Shown piece after piece: positions 1-10,111 of a stretch of DNA of 64,000 nucleotides (position 1 is the stretch's first letter; each line of letters begins with the position of its first letter). The notes under the pieces were generated by a model. The model was not told the origin of the DNA, did no database searches, and saw only the letters and a program-made list of their open reading frames with translations. Made by a program: the position numbers and the translations under genes. The DNA lies in contig JAFUMV010000081.1 of the NCBI GenBank assembly GCA_017482485.1, positions 4,981-68,980 on the forward strand, given 5' to 3'. Source of the DNA: Lachnospiraceae bacterium (lineage in GTDB: Bacteria; Bacillota; Clostridia; Lachnospirales; Lachnospiraceae).

Positions 1-339
1 CTGGCGGGAGCTGATTTTGCAAAGAATTGCCGGGTGGTGGCGCTGAAGCTGGGGGCAAAGGGCTCGGTCGCATTTTATGACGGCAGGATTTATCGAAAAG
101 ACCGTTACCAGGTTACGGCGGTGGACACCACAGGAGCGGGGGATTCGTTTAATGCCGGTTTCATCTACGGCTATCTTTCCGGAAAAAGCATGGAAGAGTG
201 CCTTTCCTGCGGCAATGCCTGCGGTGCGCTTTCTGTGACGAAGCTTGGCGGAAATACGGGATTTCCCAATCGGAAAGAGCTGCAGGTTTTTATCAGCAGC
301 CGGGAAGCGTCTTTGGATGAGTTCGGAATGCAGGAGTGA
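1..339 (+). CDS. PfkB-family carbohydrate kinase, 5'-truncated by the window edge
   Basis: The frame is open from base 1. It carries the C-terminal PfkB signature DTTGAGDSFNAGF and ends ...NACGALSVTKLGG. Confidence 0.9.
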   Translation: MAGADFAKNCRVVALKLGAKGSVAFYDGRIYRKDRYQVTAVDTTGAGDSFNAGFIYGYLSGKSMEECLSCGNACGALSVTKLGGNTGFPNRKELQVFISSREASLDEFGMQE

Positions 340-360
340 AAATAAGGAGGAATTTCGAGT

Positions 361-1725
361 ATGAAAATTGCAGTTATCGGCGGAGCGGGCGTCAGAACCG
401 TTATTTTTATCAACGGCCTGTTGAAGCGGTATCAGAAGTTAAACATTGATGAGGTGACTTTATATGATATTGATGCAGAGAAGCTGGCGGTGATCGGCAG
501 ACTCTGTCAGCATGTGGTGGACAGAAAGCAGGAAATGTTAAAGGTGCGTACAGCGGCCAATGCGGTGGATGCTGTCACCGGTGCTGATTATGTGGTGACC
601 ACTCTCAGGGTGGGAGGGGACCACTCCCGGGTGGTGGATGAATCCATTGCATTGCGCTGTGGTGTGATCGGTCAGGAAACCACCGGTGTGGGTGGGTTTT
701 CCATGGCGGTGCGTACCATTCCCGTGTTGATGGAATATTGTGAGCTGATCAGAAAACACGCGCCGCAGGCATGGATTTTTAATTTTACCAATCCCTCCGG
801 GCTTGTGACGCAGGCTCTCAGAAGCGCAGGCTATGACCGTATCATCGGCATATGCGATGCGCCCAGCAGCACGAAATTCCGCATGGCCAGGAATTTGGGC
901 GTGACCGAAGAAGAGCTGTATGTGGAATTTTTCGGACTCAACCATCTGTCCTGGATTCGCAGCGTGAAAGAGGGAGAAGAAGAACTTCTGCCTAGGCTGC
1001 TTGCGGATGATAATTTTTTGTCAGAAATTCAGGAATTTTCCATGTTTGAGCCCGGGCTTTTGCGTTCCATCGGATTTTTGCCCAATGAATATCTCTACTA
1101 CTATTATCACAGAGAAAAAGCGCTGGAAAATATCTTAAAGGCAGAGGGGAATACCCGCGGCAGGACGATTGAAGAAGTGAACCAAAAGATGATGCAGGAG
1201 CTTAAGGCAATGGATATCGAAGCAGATCCGGAAGGTGCGCTGCAGATTTTCCTTTATTATATGCAGATTCGGGAAAATTCCTACATGAGCGTGGAATCCG
1301 GTCTGGCAAAACGCCCTCTTCTGGAAAAGGGACTGCTGGAAGTGCCGGACGGCATGGGATATGCAGGCGTGATGCTGGACTGTATTGAGGGCATGCAGAG
1401 CGAAAAAGGCAGATATCTGGTTCTTTCTGTGGAAAATCATGGTAGCATTCCCGGACTTTTGGAGGACGATGTGGTGGAAATCACCTGTCTGGTGAATCAG
1501 GACGGTATTCATCCTGTGAAGGTGGAAGAGTTGCCGGAGCACTGTTATCTTCTGATGCGTCTGATCAAGATGTATGAGAGAAAGACGGTGGAGGCGATCC
1601 GGACCGGAAGCCGGGAGACAGCAGTGCAGGCGCTGATGCTGCATCCGTTGATCAATTCCTGGTCGCTTGCCCAAAAGCTGGTGGATGAATATGACAAGGC
1701 CTACGGCGGTATTTTTAAAAGCTGA
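361..1725 (+). CDS. Family 4 glycoside hydrolase (NAD+/Mn2+-dependent, 6-phospho-beta-glucosidase-like)
   Basis: N-terminal Rossmann segment KIAVIGGAG, plus [22 protein letters not shown] and GLNH motifs. RBS AAGGAGG upstream. Confidence 0.88.
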   Translation: MKIAVIGGAGVRTVIFINGLLKRYQKLNIDEVTLYDIDAEKLAVIGRLCQHVVDRKQEMLKVRTAANAVDAVTGADYVVTTLRVGGDHSRVVDESIALRCGVIGQETTGVGGFSMAVRTIPVLMEYCELIRKHAPQAWIFNFTNPSGLVTQALRSAGYDRIIGICDAPSSTKFRMARNLGVTEEELYVEFFGLNHLSWIRSVKEGEEELLPRLLADDNFLSEIQEFSMFEPGLLRSIGFLPNEYLYYYYHREKALENILKAEGNTRGRTIEEVNQKMMQELKAMDIEADPEGALQIFLYYMQIRENSYMSVESGLAKRPLLEKGLLEVPDGMGYAGVMLDCIEGMQSEKGRYLVLSVENHGSIPGLLEDDVVEITCLVNQDGIHPVKVEELPEHCYLLMRLIKMYERKTVEAIRTGSRETAVQALMLHPLINSWSLAQKLVDEYDKAYGGIFKS

Positions 1726-1737
1726 GCAAAGCGGAGG

Positions 1738-3099
1738 ATGATCATGGAAATCTTATATTCGACGGAGTCTGTTCCGGAAATGAGAACAATATGTTTTGGT
1801 GACCTAGCGCTGACAGATCCCCTGAAGCTGAGGCAGTTTTTTCGAAGAGAAGGAAAAACGGGACAGGAGGATGTGCAGATTCTTCTGGACATGCCGGAAT
1901 GTGCAGGGAAAAAGGCGGAAAAACTGGCAGATCTGATTGTGATTTCGCTCTATGAGGGCGCTTACCGATTTCAGAAGGAATGCTTAAAGGAATGGGATGC
2001 AGAGCGTATTTTTACAGATCGCGATAAAATGGCAGATTATGGCGGGCGAACCATTACTCTGGTATCGGAAACGGATTTGCGTGGCAGCATTTTGAAGGCA
2101 CAGCAGGCTGCATATTGTATGGGATATGCCAGAACACTGGGAAATCTGCCGCACAATTACCTGCAGATTCCGGATATGGTGCGGTATGCACAGGACATGG
2201 CGGCATCCTGCGGCCTGACCTGTACGGTGTATGGCGACAGAGCATTGCGGGAGCTGGGCTGCGGCGGCATTCTGGCAGTGAATCAGGGCAGCGACAATGA
2301 AGCGGCACTGGTGATGCTGGAATGGGGCAGCCAAAAGACGGAAGATAAGATCGCCCTGGTGGGAAAGGGTCTGATGTTTGACGCAGGCGGCTATCACTTA
2401 AAATCGCTGGACGGCATGAACGGGATGAAGTTTGACATGTGCGGCGCAGCCAATATGCTGGAATCCATGGAAATCGCCGCAAAAAGCGATTATCCGGGGC
2501 CGCTTCTCTGTGTGCTTGGTCTGGCGGAAAACCTGATCAGTCCCAAAGCGGTGAAGATGGGAGATGTGGTCAGTATGCTGTCCGGCAGTACTGTGGAGGT
2601 TTACAATACCGATGCGGAAGGAAGGCTGGTGTTGGGAGATGCGCTCACTTTTGCCCAGAGGCTGGGCGCTGTGAAGGTGATTGATCTGGCAACGTTGACC
2701 GGCGGCACTCACAGCGCGCTGGGGGATGAGACGGTGGGGATTTTTTCCAATCATGAGGACATTTACGGTATGTTTGAGAAGTCTATGAAGGCGGTGGGCG
2801 AGCGGTGCTGGCGTCTGCCGCTGGGAGAGATTTACCGTCAGGCGCTTTGCTGGTCCGATACGGCGGATTTGGCAAATTATGCGCCGGGCTTTGGGGCAGC
2901 CGGCAGCACGGGCGCCGCATTTTTGGAATTTTTCATAGAGCCGGGAACGCAGTGGGTACATCTGGATGTAGTGGGACCTGCATCGGCACGCAGCGAATCC
3001 GAGGAACGGACCAAAGGCGCCACCGATGTCTGCATGTCAGCAATCCGAAAATGGCTGGAAATACAGCTGAGTGGAGGACAGGATGAATTTTACATTTGA
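1738..3099 (+). CDS. M17 leucyl aminopeptidase family protein
   Basis: Metal-binding motifs VGKGLMFDAGG, MKFDMCGAA and NTDAEGRLVL; also DLATLTG and WVHLDV. Confidence 0.9.
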   Translation: MIMEILYSTESVPEMRTICFGDLALTDPLKLRQFFRREGKTGQEDVQILLDMPECAGKKAEKLADLIVISLYEGAYRFQKECLKEWDAERIFTDRDKMADYGGRTITLVSETDLRGSILKAQQAAYCMGYARTLGNLPHNYLQIPDMVRYAQDMAASCGLTCTVYGDRALRELGCGGILAVNQGSDNEAALVMLEWGSQKTEDKIALVGKGLMFDAGGYHLKSLDGMNGMKFDMCGAANMLESMEIAAKSDYPGPLLCVLGLAENLISPKAVKMGDVVSMLSGSTVEVYNTDAEGRLVLGDALTFAQRLGAVKVIDLATLTGGTHSALGDETVGIFSNHEDIYGMFEKSMKAVGERCWRLPLGEIYRQALCWSDTADLANYAPGFGAAGSTGAAFLEFFIEPGTQWVHLDVVGPASARSESEERTKGATDVCMSAIRKWLEIQLSGGQDEFYI

Positions 3100-4711
3100 T
3101 TATAAAATTGAAAAAGAGGTACTGGAAAATTATCTTTCCAGAGCGGTGACGGCGGCAAATCTGTTTGCCACAGCTACGCTGGAGGATGACCTGCGGGTGA
3201 TTCAAAAACTGGGAATCAAGTTTCTCGGAAGAGCTTCCGGCATCTGGTACATGGTGCAGGATGATGATGAGCATTTTGCTCAGTCAAAATATCTGGCGGA
3301 CCGGGTGCACGAGCAGGACCCGGAAATTATTCTGCAGGCCTGCATTTTTGAAATGATCACTCAGAATATTGAAACTGTCAGAATTCCCGATCAGGTGCAG
3401 GCGGCATTCGGCTTTGAGCCAACAGACAGATGTTTTCGGTTGGAGGATACGCTGTTTGGAGAGGAACCGGCGGATTTTTCCAATCTGAGAGAAGAAAAAA
3501 GCAAACGGGGCGGGATTCCGGATTTGAGCCGGACGGAAACGCAGATGTGGTTTTACTATCGGGCTACACGCTATATTGACTGTGGCTTTGAAGCGCTGCA
3601 TATGGGGCAGCTGCACCTGTATACTGCCAATGACCGGGGCATGAAAAAAACGGCAGAGCTTTTTGCGAAAATCCGTGCCTATGCTGCAATGCATGCGAGG
3701 CGTCATCTGGTGCTGATGGATGCCCACAGCCATGGTGTGGTGATCGGCGGAAAATCTCTTCTGGATTACAATGCGATGCCATTTACCAGCAAGCCTATCA
3801 TGGAGGCGGAAGGCAAAAAGCTTGCCTTGGTGCGGGAAGGTTACAGCGAGGGCGGCGAAAATCCCAGCGGCTGGTGTGCAGAAACCATGCCGTATCTCAT
3901 GGAATATGACAACTGGGGCGGAAAAATGGTGGATGATATCAACGCCTGCCCCAGAGAAAAGCTGGCAAGAATCGACTGGTGGGGGTATGATCAGATTGGC
4001 TGGTTTGCCAACCAGTCCAAAGCGGACAGAGAGCATTTCCTGGAATATACCTATAACTGGGTGGAAATCAATAATCCCAATGCCTATTTTGAAGTGCCTT
4101 TCCGAAGGATGCTGAGCGATGCGGCGGTGCCCGTGAAGCGTGCGGATAATCAGAAGGAAGATTTGCAGCGGGATTATCAGCTCAATAATCCCTCGGCAGA
4201 CTGCCCTATGGGGTTTGGTGAGGAAGATATGGTTGCGGCGCTCTGGAAAAGAGGGCATAAGTTAAGAAAGCTTGCAGCAAATCCGCAGCATCTGATACGC
4301 TATGGCGCATGTCAGGAAGTGGAGCCGGAAACGGGAATGAAGCTGCCGGAGCTGATTGTGGCTTACGGAGGTTTTCAGCCTTACGTTGGTGCAGCATATA
4401 ATGATTCCAATTCTTCCATAACTCGTTTATACTATATTGGAGATCAGACATATTCGCTGTCCGTTGTGATTCCTTTTGCGGGAACCTATGATTTTTCCAT
4501 TTCCACTTACGGAACCCTTTCAGCAGTGTATAACAGAGACCGGTTTGCGCGCAGCGGTTCGGGGCCGAAGGCTCGTTTTACGACGGAAAAGGATAACAGC
4601 GTGGTTCGTTTTTCCTATCGTTTTTTGGATAATCTGGTGAAGGTTGAAGTGATCAGATGGGAAGACGATGTACAGGACTATGTGATCCGGGAGCAAAAGC
4701 TGAAAGACTGA
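3071..4711 (+). CDS. Hypothetical protein (546 aa), possible glycoside-hydrolase-like barrel with a C-terminal beta-rich domain
   Basis: Long ORF with RBS GGAGG, overlapping the upstream gene by 29 nt. Rich in Trp/Tyr/Asp/Glu. No family recognised with certainty. Confidence 0.8.
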   Translation: MEDRMNFTFDYKIEKEVLENYLSRAVTAANLFATATLEDDLRVIQKLGIKFLGRASGIWYMVQDDDEHFAQSKYLADRVHEQDPEIILQACIFEMITQNIETVRIPDQVQAAFGFEPTDRCFRLEDTLFGEEPADFSNLREEKSKRGGIPDLSRTETQMWFYYRATRYIDCGFEALHMGQLHLYTANDRGMKKTAELFAKIRAYAAMHARRHLVLMDAHSHGVVIGGKSLLDYNAMPFTSKPIMEAEGKKLALVREGYSEGGENPSGWCAETMPYLMEYDNWGGKMVDDINACPREKLARIDWWGYDQIGWFANQSKADREHFLEYTYNWVEINNPNAYFEVPFRRMLSDAAVPVKRADNQKEDLQRDYQLNNPSADCPMGFGEEDMVAALWKRGHKLRKLAANPQHLIRYGACQEVEPETGMKLPELIVAYGGFQPYVGAAYNDSNSSITRLYYIGDQTYSLSVVIPFAGTYDFSISTYGTLSAVYNRDRFARSGSGPKARFTTEKDNSVVRFSYRFLDNLVKVEVIRWEDDVQDYVIREQKLKD

Positions 4712-4730
4712 AACAATTCCGGGAGATGAC

Positions 4731-6485
4731 ATGCATATGAAATTTAAAAGACTGTATTCACAGACTATTTTCAGGCAGCTGGTGACCTTTACGTTGCTGA
4801 TCGGCATTGTGCCGCTGATTATTATCAGCATTACCCAGTTTACGAGAATGAAAAACATGGCTGAGAGAGAAATGGTCAACTCCCATCAGCAGGTCATCTC
4901 CCAGTACATCAAAAATATAGAAGAAAAACTTTCAGAATATTACTATAAGACAGACCTCATTTCCGGCAGCACGGTGGTGCAGGAAACTCTGCTCAGTACC
5001 GTTGATAATTCCTACAGCAAAGGAGCGCGCATCAGTGAAGAGGTGACAAAATATCTGATGCTGGAGAAAAGTTCGGAAATCAGCAACTGCATGATTTATT
5101 CCATGGTGAAAGAAAACCCTGTTTACGGAAAGAGGGTGAGCACGATTTCCAATGCGGAGAGGGAGGGCTGGTATGGCCTGACCAGGGCGCTGGATGACGG
5201 CTGGTACACTTATTATTCCAGAGGCATGGGCGAGGAACTGATGACCATTGTGAAAAAGATCATCAATTATAATTATACGGATCTAAGAACGCAACAGCTG
5301 GGTATTGTGAAGCTGGATATCCGGCTCAATGAACTGTTTGAGCCTGCAAAATACAGGGACAAAAGCAGCTTTTTTGTGCTTTTGTATGATGATTCGGACA
5401 GTCTGCTCTACTGTTCTGAGGGGCTGGAGGAGGATATTTTTGTGCGTTTTCTGGAAGAGCGGAAAACGGATGAGAACATGGCAGAAGAGCCGGTCATGAT
5501 GAATCCGTACATTTTTTATCAGGGAAATCTGGAGGAGTATGGAATACACTTTCTGTTTTTCTTTGAAAACAGTGAACTAAACAGAGTGAGCGGCGAAGTG
5601 ATGGAATGGATGTTTCCGATCATTTTTGTGCTTGTGATTCTGATTGTTGTGATGGCATCCTTCTATACGAAAAATTTTTCACGCCGGATTCAGTTTCTTC
5701 TGGGCAAGATACGCAGTGTGGAAAGCGGAGATCTGCGGCTTCAGGGCTCCATTGACGGAAATGATGAAATAGCCATGCTGGATAAGGAATTTGACCGTAT
5801 GCTATGTGAGCTGAACCGGCTGATTGAAAGAAACTACATTCAGCAGTTGGAAAACAAGGAAACACAGCTCCGCAATCTGCAGCTGCAGATCAATCCTCAT
5901 TTTCTGTACAACACGCTGGAGACCATCAGTTCCATGGCGGCAGTAAATCAGTCCTTCGTGATCTGCGATCTCTGTGAAAAGCTGGGGGAAATTTTTCGTT
6001 ACAGCCTTGGAAAAGATTACGGGGAATTCGTGACGGTGGAACAGGAACTGCACCATACGCAGAACTATATATTTATTCAGCTGATCCGTTTTTCAGACCG
6101 GTTTGACGTGGTTTATCATCTGGATAAAACGCTTTCCCAAAAAAGAATTCCGCGCTTTATTCTGCAGCCGATTGTGGAAAATGCGATACTGCATGGTCTG
6201 GTGCATATGGCGGAAAGAGGAACGCTGGAAATTTCAACAAGAGAAGAAGAAAGCTGTCTTGTGATCGGCATTGAAGATAACGGCGAAGGAATGAACCTGC
6301 AGAAGCTGGAAAGCCTGCGGGAATATATGGATAATCCTCAGGTTTCAGAGGAAAACAAAGGAAGTGTCGGTGTGAGAAACGTGAATCAGAGAATTAAGAT
6401 GTCCTGTGGGGAGCAGTATGGAATACAGATTTCAAGCGCACCTTTTCAGGGAAGCTGTTTTGAATTGTGGCTGCCGCTTTTGTAA
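4731..6485 (+). CDS. Sensor histidine kinase, YesM-like (two TM, HAMP, His_kinase, HATPase)
   Basis: QINPHFLYNTL H-box, ILQPIVENAILHG N-box, IEDNGEGM and VGVRNV motifs. Confidence 0.93.
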   Translation: MHMKFKRLYSQTIFRQLVTFTLLIGIVPLIIISITQFTRMKNMAEREMVNSHQQVISQYIKNIEEKLSEYYYKTDLISGSTVVQETLLSTVDNSYSKGARISEEVTKYLMLEKSSEISNCMIYSMVKENPVYGKRVSTISNAEREGWYGLTRALDDGWYTYYSRGMGEELMTIVKKIINYNYTDLRTQQLGIVKLDIRLNELFEPAKYRDKSSFFVLLYDDSDSLLYCSEGLEEDIFVRFLEERKTDENMAEEPVMMNPYIFYQGNLEEYGIHFLFFFENSELNRVSGEVMEWMFPIIFVLVILIVVMASFYTKNFSRRIQFLLGKIRSVESGDLRLQGSIDGNDEIAMLDKEFDRMLCELNRLIERNYIQQLENKETQLRNLQLQINPHFLYNTLETISSMAAVNQSFVICDLCEKLGEIFRYSLGKDYGEFVTVEQELHHTQNYIFIQLIRFSDRFDVVYHLDKTLSQKRIPRFILQPIVENAILHGLVHMAERGTLEISTREEESCLVIGIEDNGEGMNLQKLESLREYMDNPQVSEENKGSVGVRNVNQRIKMSCGEQYGIQISSAPFQGSCFELWLPLL

Positions 6486-6505
6486 ACGGGGGAATAGGAA
6501 GTGAC

Positions 6506-8122
6506 ATGGGATACCGATTGTTAGTGATAGATGATGAAGAGATGATTCGGAAAGGCATTCTGGCGAGAATTTCTTACCTGCAGATTGAATTTCTGCAGAT
6601 CAGAGAGGCTGCCTGCGGGCAGGAAGCACTTGCGCTTTTGGAAAAAGAGCCGGCGGATATCGTGCTTACGGATATCCGTATGCCGGATATGGACGGACTG
6701 TCGTTTATAGAGGAAGCCAAAAAGAAGTGGCCGCTCATGAAATTTGTGGTTCTGAGCGGTTATGCGGAATTTGAATATGCGGAACGTTCCCTGGAGCTGG
6801 GCGTGAGTGCGTATCTGTTAAAACCTCTGTCAAATGAGGCGCTCAGGGAAATTATGGAAAAGCTGTTTGTTTCAATCCGTAAAGAGGCAAATGTCAGAGC
6901 GGCGCTTAAGGAACAGGAGCAGCTGGAATACCAGAAACAGGAGTATTTGCTGGAAAAGGAAGTCAACAGTCTGCTGGGAGAAACGGAGGAACGCAGCATC
7001 AGCAGGGAAATGTATCCCGTTTTATACAGGCTCTGTCCTCAGATGATGAGCGACGGGCAGGGAAAATTTCTTGTTGTTATCATTAAAATTGATGCACAAA
7101 GCTATGAACAAAACTGGTTTGGAAGGGAAGATGCAGAGCTTTTGCGCTTCTCTGTTAAAAATGTATTTGATGAGCTTTCCAGCAGCTGTGAAAAGGTGAT
7201 TGTGAACAATCTGAGCAAAAAAGACCAGCTCTATGGCCTGTTTTATGGAAACAGCACGAAGCTGCTTAAAAGAGAAGCGGAGCACATTTTTCTGGAAATG
7301 AAGAATCTTCTGGAAAACAAAATGGCACTGTATCTGACCTTTGGATGCAGCAGCGTTACGGAATGGGTCGGTGAAAAAAACGCCAGAGAGGCCAGAGCTG
7401 CGCTGCAGCAGAGAATCGTATATGGCCACTCCAATCTGTATTTTTATGATGATATGCTCGTGATTCAGGATATGAAGCTTCCTATGACGGAAATGAATCT
7501 GCTGCAGCAGTATTTGCAGCGGAGAGATATAGGCAATATTCAGGTCATGATCCGGGAAATTTTTTCTGAGGAGAAAGTTTTAAAATATCATGCGCCTTAT
7601 ATTCGTATGATGTGGATGCGCGTGCTGAATCTTTTGATTCGCAATCTGGGAAGCAGTACAAACCGCATGGAGGTTGTGGACAGGATGCTGCACAGCTTTT
7701 CCCTGTCTGAGGAGATTGAGCGGATTGATGAGCTCCAGGAGGAATATGTGCGTTTGGTGACGGAATGCCTTGGAGAAGAGGGCGGAATGGACACGAATGC
7801 ACGCAATAAAATCAGGATGGCTGTCCGCTATATCGAACAGCATTATAATGAAGATATTTCAGTGAATGAACTGGCGGAACGTTACGACATGAGCCCCAAC
7901 TATTTTTCTTCTCTGTTTAAAAAAGAGATGAAGCAGTCGACGGTTAATTATATCACTGATTTGCGGATTTCCAAAGCGATGGAATATTTGTGCAAGTCGG
8001 ATAAAAGTGTGGTGGAGATCGCCAAAAATGTGGGATATGAAGACTGCAATTACTTTTTCAGAGTTTTTAAAAAGGCGGTTGGCGTCACGCCTCAGCAATA
8101 TCGGGCGGGAAAGCGAAAATAA
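6506..8122 (+). CDS. Response regulator with C-terminal AraC HTH (YesN-like)
   Basis: Receiver motifs LVIDDE, DIVLTDIRMP and YLLKP; C-terminal YFSSLFKK...YFFRVFKK. Start moved to ATG 6506, behind AGGAAG. Confidence 0.93.
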   Translation: MGYRLLVIDDEEMIRKGILARISYLQIEFLQIREAACGQEALALLEKEPADIVLTDIRMPDMDGLSFIEEAKKKWPLMKFVVLSGYAEFEYAERSLELGVSAYLLKPLSNEALREIMEKLFVSIRKEANVRAALKEQEQLEYQKQEYLLEKEVNSLLGETEERSISREMYPVLYRLCPQMMSDGQGKFLVVIIKIDAQSYEQNWFGREDAELLRFSVKNVFDELSSSCEKVIVNNLSKKDQLYGLFYGNSTKLLKREAEHIFLEMKNLLENKMALYLTFGCSSVTEWVGEKNAREARAALQQRIVYGHSNLYFYDDMLVIQDMKLPMTEMNLLQQYLQRRDIGNIQVMIREIFSEEKVLKYHAPYIRMMWMRVLNLLIRNLGSSTNRMEVVDRMLHSFSLSEEIERIDELQEEYVRLVTECLGEEGGMDTNARNKIRMAVRYIEQHYNEDISVNELAERYDMSPNYFSSLFKKEMKQSTVNYITDLRISKAMEYLCKSDKSVVEIAKNVGYEDCNYFFRVFKKAVGVTPQQYRAGKRK

Positions 8123-8127
8123 AAGAG

Positions 8128-8173
8128 AAAACTGCCCTGTGTGGAGAGAATATCTTTGCCGGGGCGGTTTTTT
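8128..8173 (+). terminator. Intrinsic terminator after the response regulator
   Basis: AAAACTGCCC...GGGGCGGTTTTTT stem followed by a T-tract. Confidence 0.6.
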
Positions 8174-8196
8174 ATGCATTTATACTATGAGTTAAC

Positions 8197-8225
8197 TTGA
8201 TCAAATCGAACGTATGTATTACAAT
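8197..8225 (+). promoter_or_regulatory. Sigma70/SigA promoter for the ABC exporter genes
   Basis: TTGATC-17bp-TACAAT. Confidence 0.6.
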
Positions 8226-8266
8226 GAAAAGGCAACAGTGATTACGACAACGGGGAGGGACCTGAC

Positions 8267-10111
8267 TTGCAATTAAAAGAATTGAAGAACAACAAGCCGG
8301 AAAAGTACACCGGAATATCTTTGGTGTGGCATTTTCTGGAAGGAAGCAAAGCCTATTTCCTGATCAGCATCGTTGCCGCGCTGGCAGTGAATGGGCTGGA
8401 CATGATCACACCTCAGATCATCCGAACCACGGTGGATAATGTGCTCGGAGATGAGCCGCTTAAGCTGCCGGGATTTTTAATGGAAATGGTACAGGCGGCA
8501 GGAGGTGTGGAATATTTAAAAAGACACCTTTGGATCATGGGGCTTTTGATCATTCTGGTGGCCATATGCAGTGCGCTTTTTCGGTATTGGAATACCATGT
8601 TTAACGGCAAGGGCGCGGAGCGGCTGGTAAAGACCATGCGCAACCGTCTGTTTTCCCACATTCAGCGGCTGCCGTTTTCCTGGCACATGGAAAATCAGAC
8701 CGGCGATATCATTCAGCGATGTACCTCTGATGTGGATATGATCAAAAACTTTGTATCGGAGCAGCTGACATCAGTGTTTCGAATCGTGATGATGATTATT
8801 TTGTCATTGTCCTTCATGTTTCCCATGAATGCCAAGCTGACAATGGTAGCGGTGTTTTTTGCGCCTGTCATTTTCGGCTACTCCGCTTATTTTCACTCCA
8901 AAATCAGAGATCGATTTACGGAGTGTGATGAAAATGAGGGCGTGCTTTCCACCATCGCTCAGGAGAATCTGACCGGAATTCGTGTCGTGCGCGCTTTTGG
9001 ACGGGAAAAATACGAAAAAGACCGTTTTGAGAAGCAGAACAACATTTACACCAATGAGTGGATGAAGCTGTGCCGGATCTTGTCCTTATTCTGGGGAACC
9101 GGCGATCTGATTTCCGGTCTTCAGATCATGCTGATCGTGGTGCTGGGTTCCGTTTTCTGTGTACAGGGCGAGATGACCGCGGGTGAATTTATCGCCTTTG
9201 TTTCCTATAACACGATGCTGATCTGGCCGGTGCGTCAGCTGGGCAGAACGATCTCCGAGATGAGTAAGGCGGGCGTTTCTGTGGAACGTATCCGATATAT
9301 TATGAATTCTGAGGCGGAACAGGATAAGCCCGATGCTGTGACGCCGGATTTAAAAGGAGATATTGAATTTGAACATGTTTCTTTCGGCTATGGAGATGCG
9401 AAGGTTCTGTCTGATGTGAGCTTTAAGATTCCCAGAGGAACGACTTTCGGCATTTTGGGAAGCACCGGTTCCGGGAAATCTACGCTGATGTATCTGTTAA
9501 ACCGGCTTTATGACCTGCCGAAAGAAAACGGCAGGATTACTATCGGCGGTGTGGATATTGCGGACATGAAGGGAGAATGGGTGCGCCGGAATATCGGAAT
9601 GGTGCTGCAGGAGCCGTTTTTGTTTTCCAGAACTATTGGGGAGAATATCGGGATCACGCAGGAAAGTGTTTCGCTGACACAGATCCGGGAGGCGGCTGCC
9701 ATTGCCTGTGTGGATGGGGCAGTTACTGAATTCGCCAAAGGGTATGACACGTTGGTGGGAGAAAGAGGCGTAACTTTGTCCGGCGGACAGAAACAGAGAA
9801 CCGCCATCGCGCGTATGCTGATGCAGAAGACACCGATCATGGTATTTGATGACTCTCTTTCTGCGGTGGATGCCCAGACTGACGCGCAGATTCGCCAGGC
9901 TTTAAAGAGTAAGCTCAAGGAGGCAACGGTGATTCTGATCGCGCACCGTGTGACCACGCTGATGCAGGCGGATTGTATCATGGTGATGGATAAGGGAAGA
10001 ATCGCAGAGATGGGTTCTCATACGGAACTGATGGAGAAGAACGGAATTTACCGCAGGATTTATGATATGCAGATGACGCTGGAAGAGGAGGTGACCGCAG
10101 ATGAATCATGA
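8267..10111 (+). CDS. Heterodimeric ABC exporter subunit 1 (TMD+NBD)
   Basis: Walker A GSTGSGKST, signature LSGGQKQR, degenerate Walker B (VFDDS), H-loop IAHR. TTG start after GGAGG. Confidence 0.93.
   Translation: MQLKELKNNKPEKYTGISLVWHFLEGSKAYFLISIVAALAVNGLDMITPQIIRTTVDNVLGDEPLKLPGFLMEMVQAAGGVEYLKRHLWIMGLLIILVAICSALFRYWNTMFNGKGAERLVKTMRNRLFSHIQRLPFSWHMENQTGDIIQRCTSDVDMIKNFVSEQLTSVFRIVMMIILSLSFMFPMNAKLTMVAVFFAPVIFGYSAYFHSKIRDRFTECDENEGVLSTIAQENLTGIRVVRAFGREKYEKDRFEKQNNIYTNEWMKLCRILSLFWGTGDLISGLQIMLIVVLGSVFCVQGEMTAGEFIAFVSYNTMLIWPVRQLGRTISEMSKAGVSVERIRYIMNSEAEQDKPDAVTPDLKGDIEFEHVSFGYGDAKVLSDVSFKIPRGTTFGILGSTGSGKSTLMYLLNRLYDLPKENGRITIGGVDIADMKGEWVRRNIGMVLQEPFLFSRTIGENIGITQESVSLTQIREAAAIACVDGAVTEFAKGYDTLVGERGVTLSGGQKQRTAIARMLMQKTPIMVFDDSLSAVDAQTDAQIRQALKSKLKEATVILIAHRVTTLMQADCIMVMDKGRIAEMGSHTELMEKNGIYRRIYDMQMTLEEEVTADES

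Noticed and set aside
6467-6505. Upstream starts offered by the ORF track (also 36151, 48817, 52950, 31649, 20714, 58097)
   Set aside because: Downstream ATGs have better RBS spacing and match where the family domains begin.
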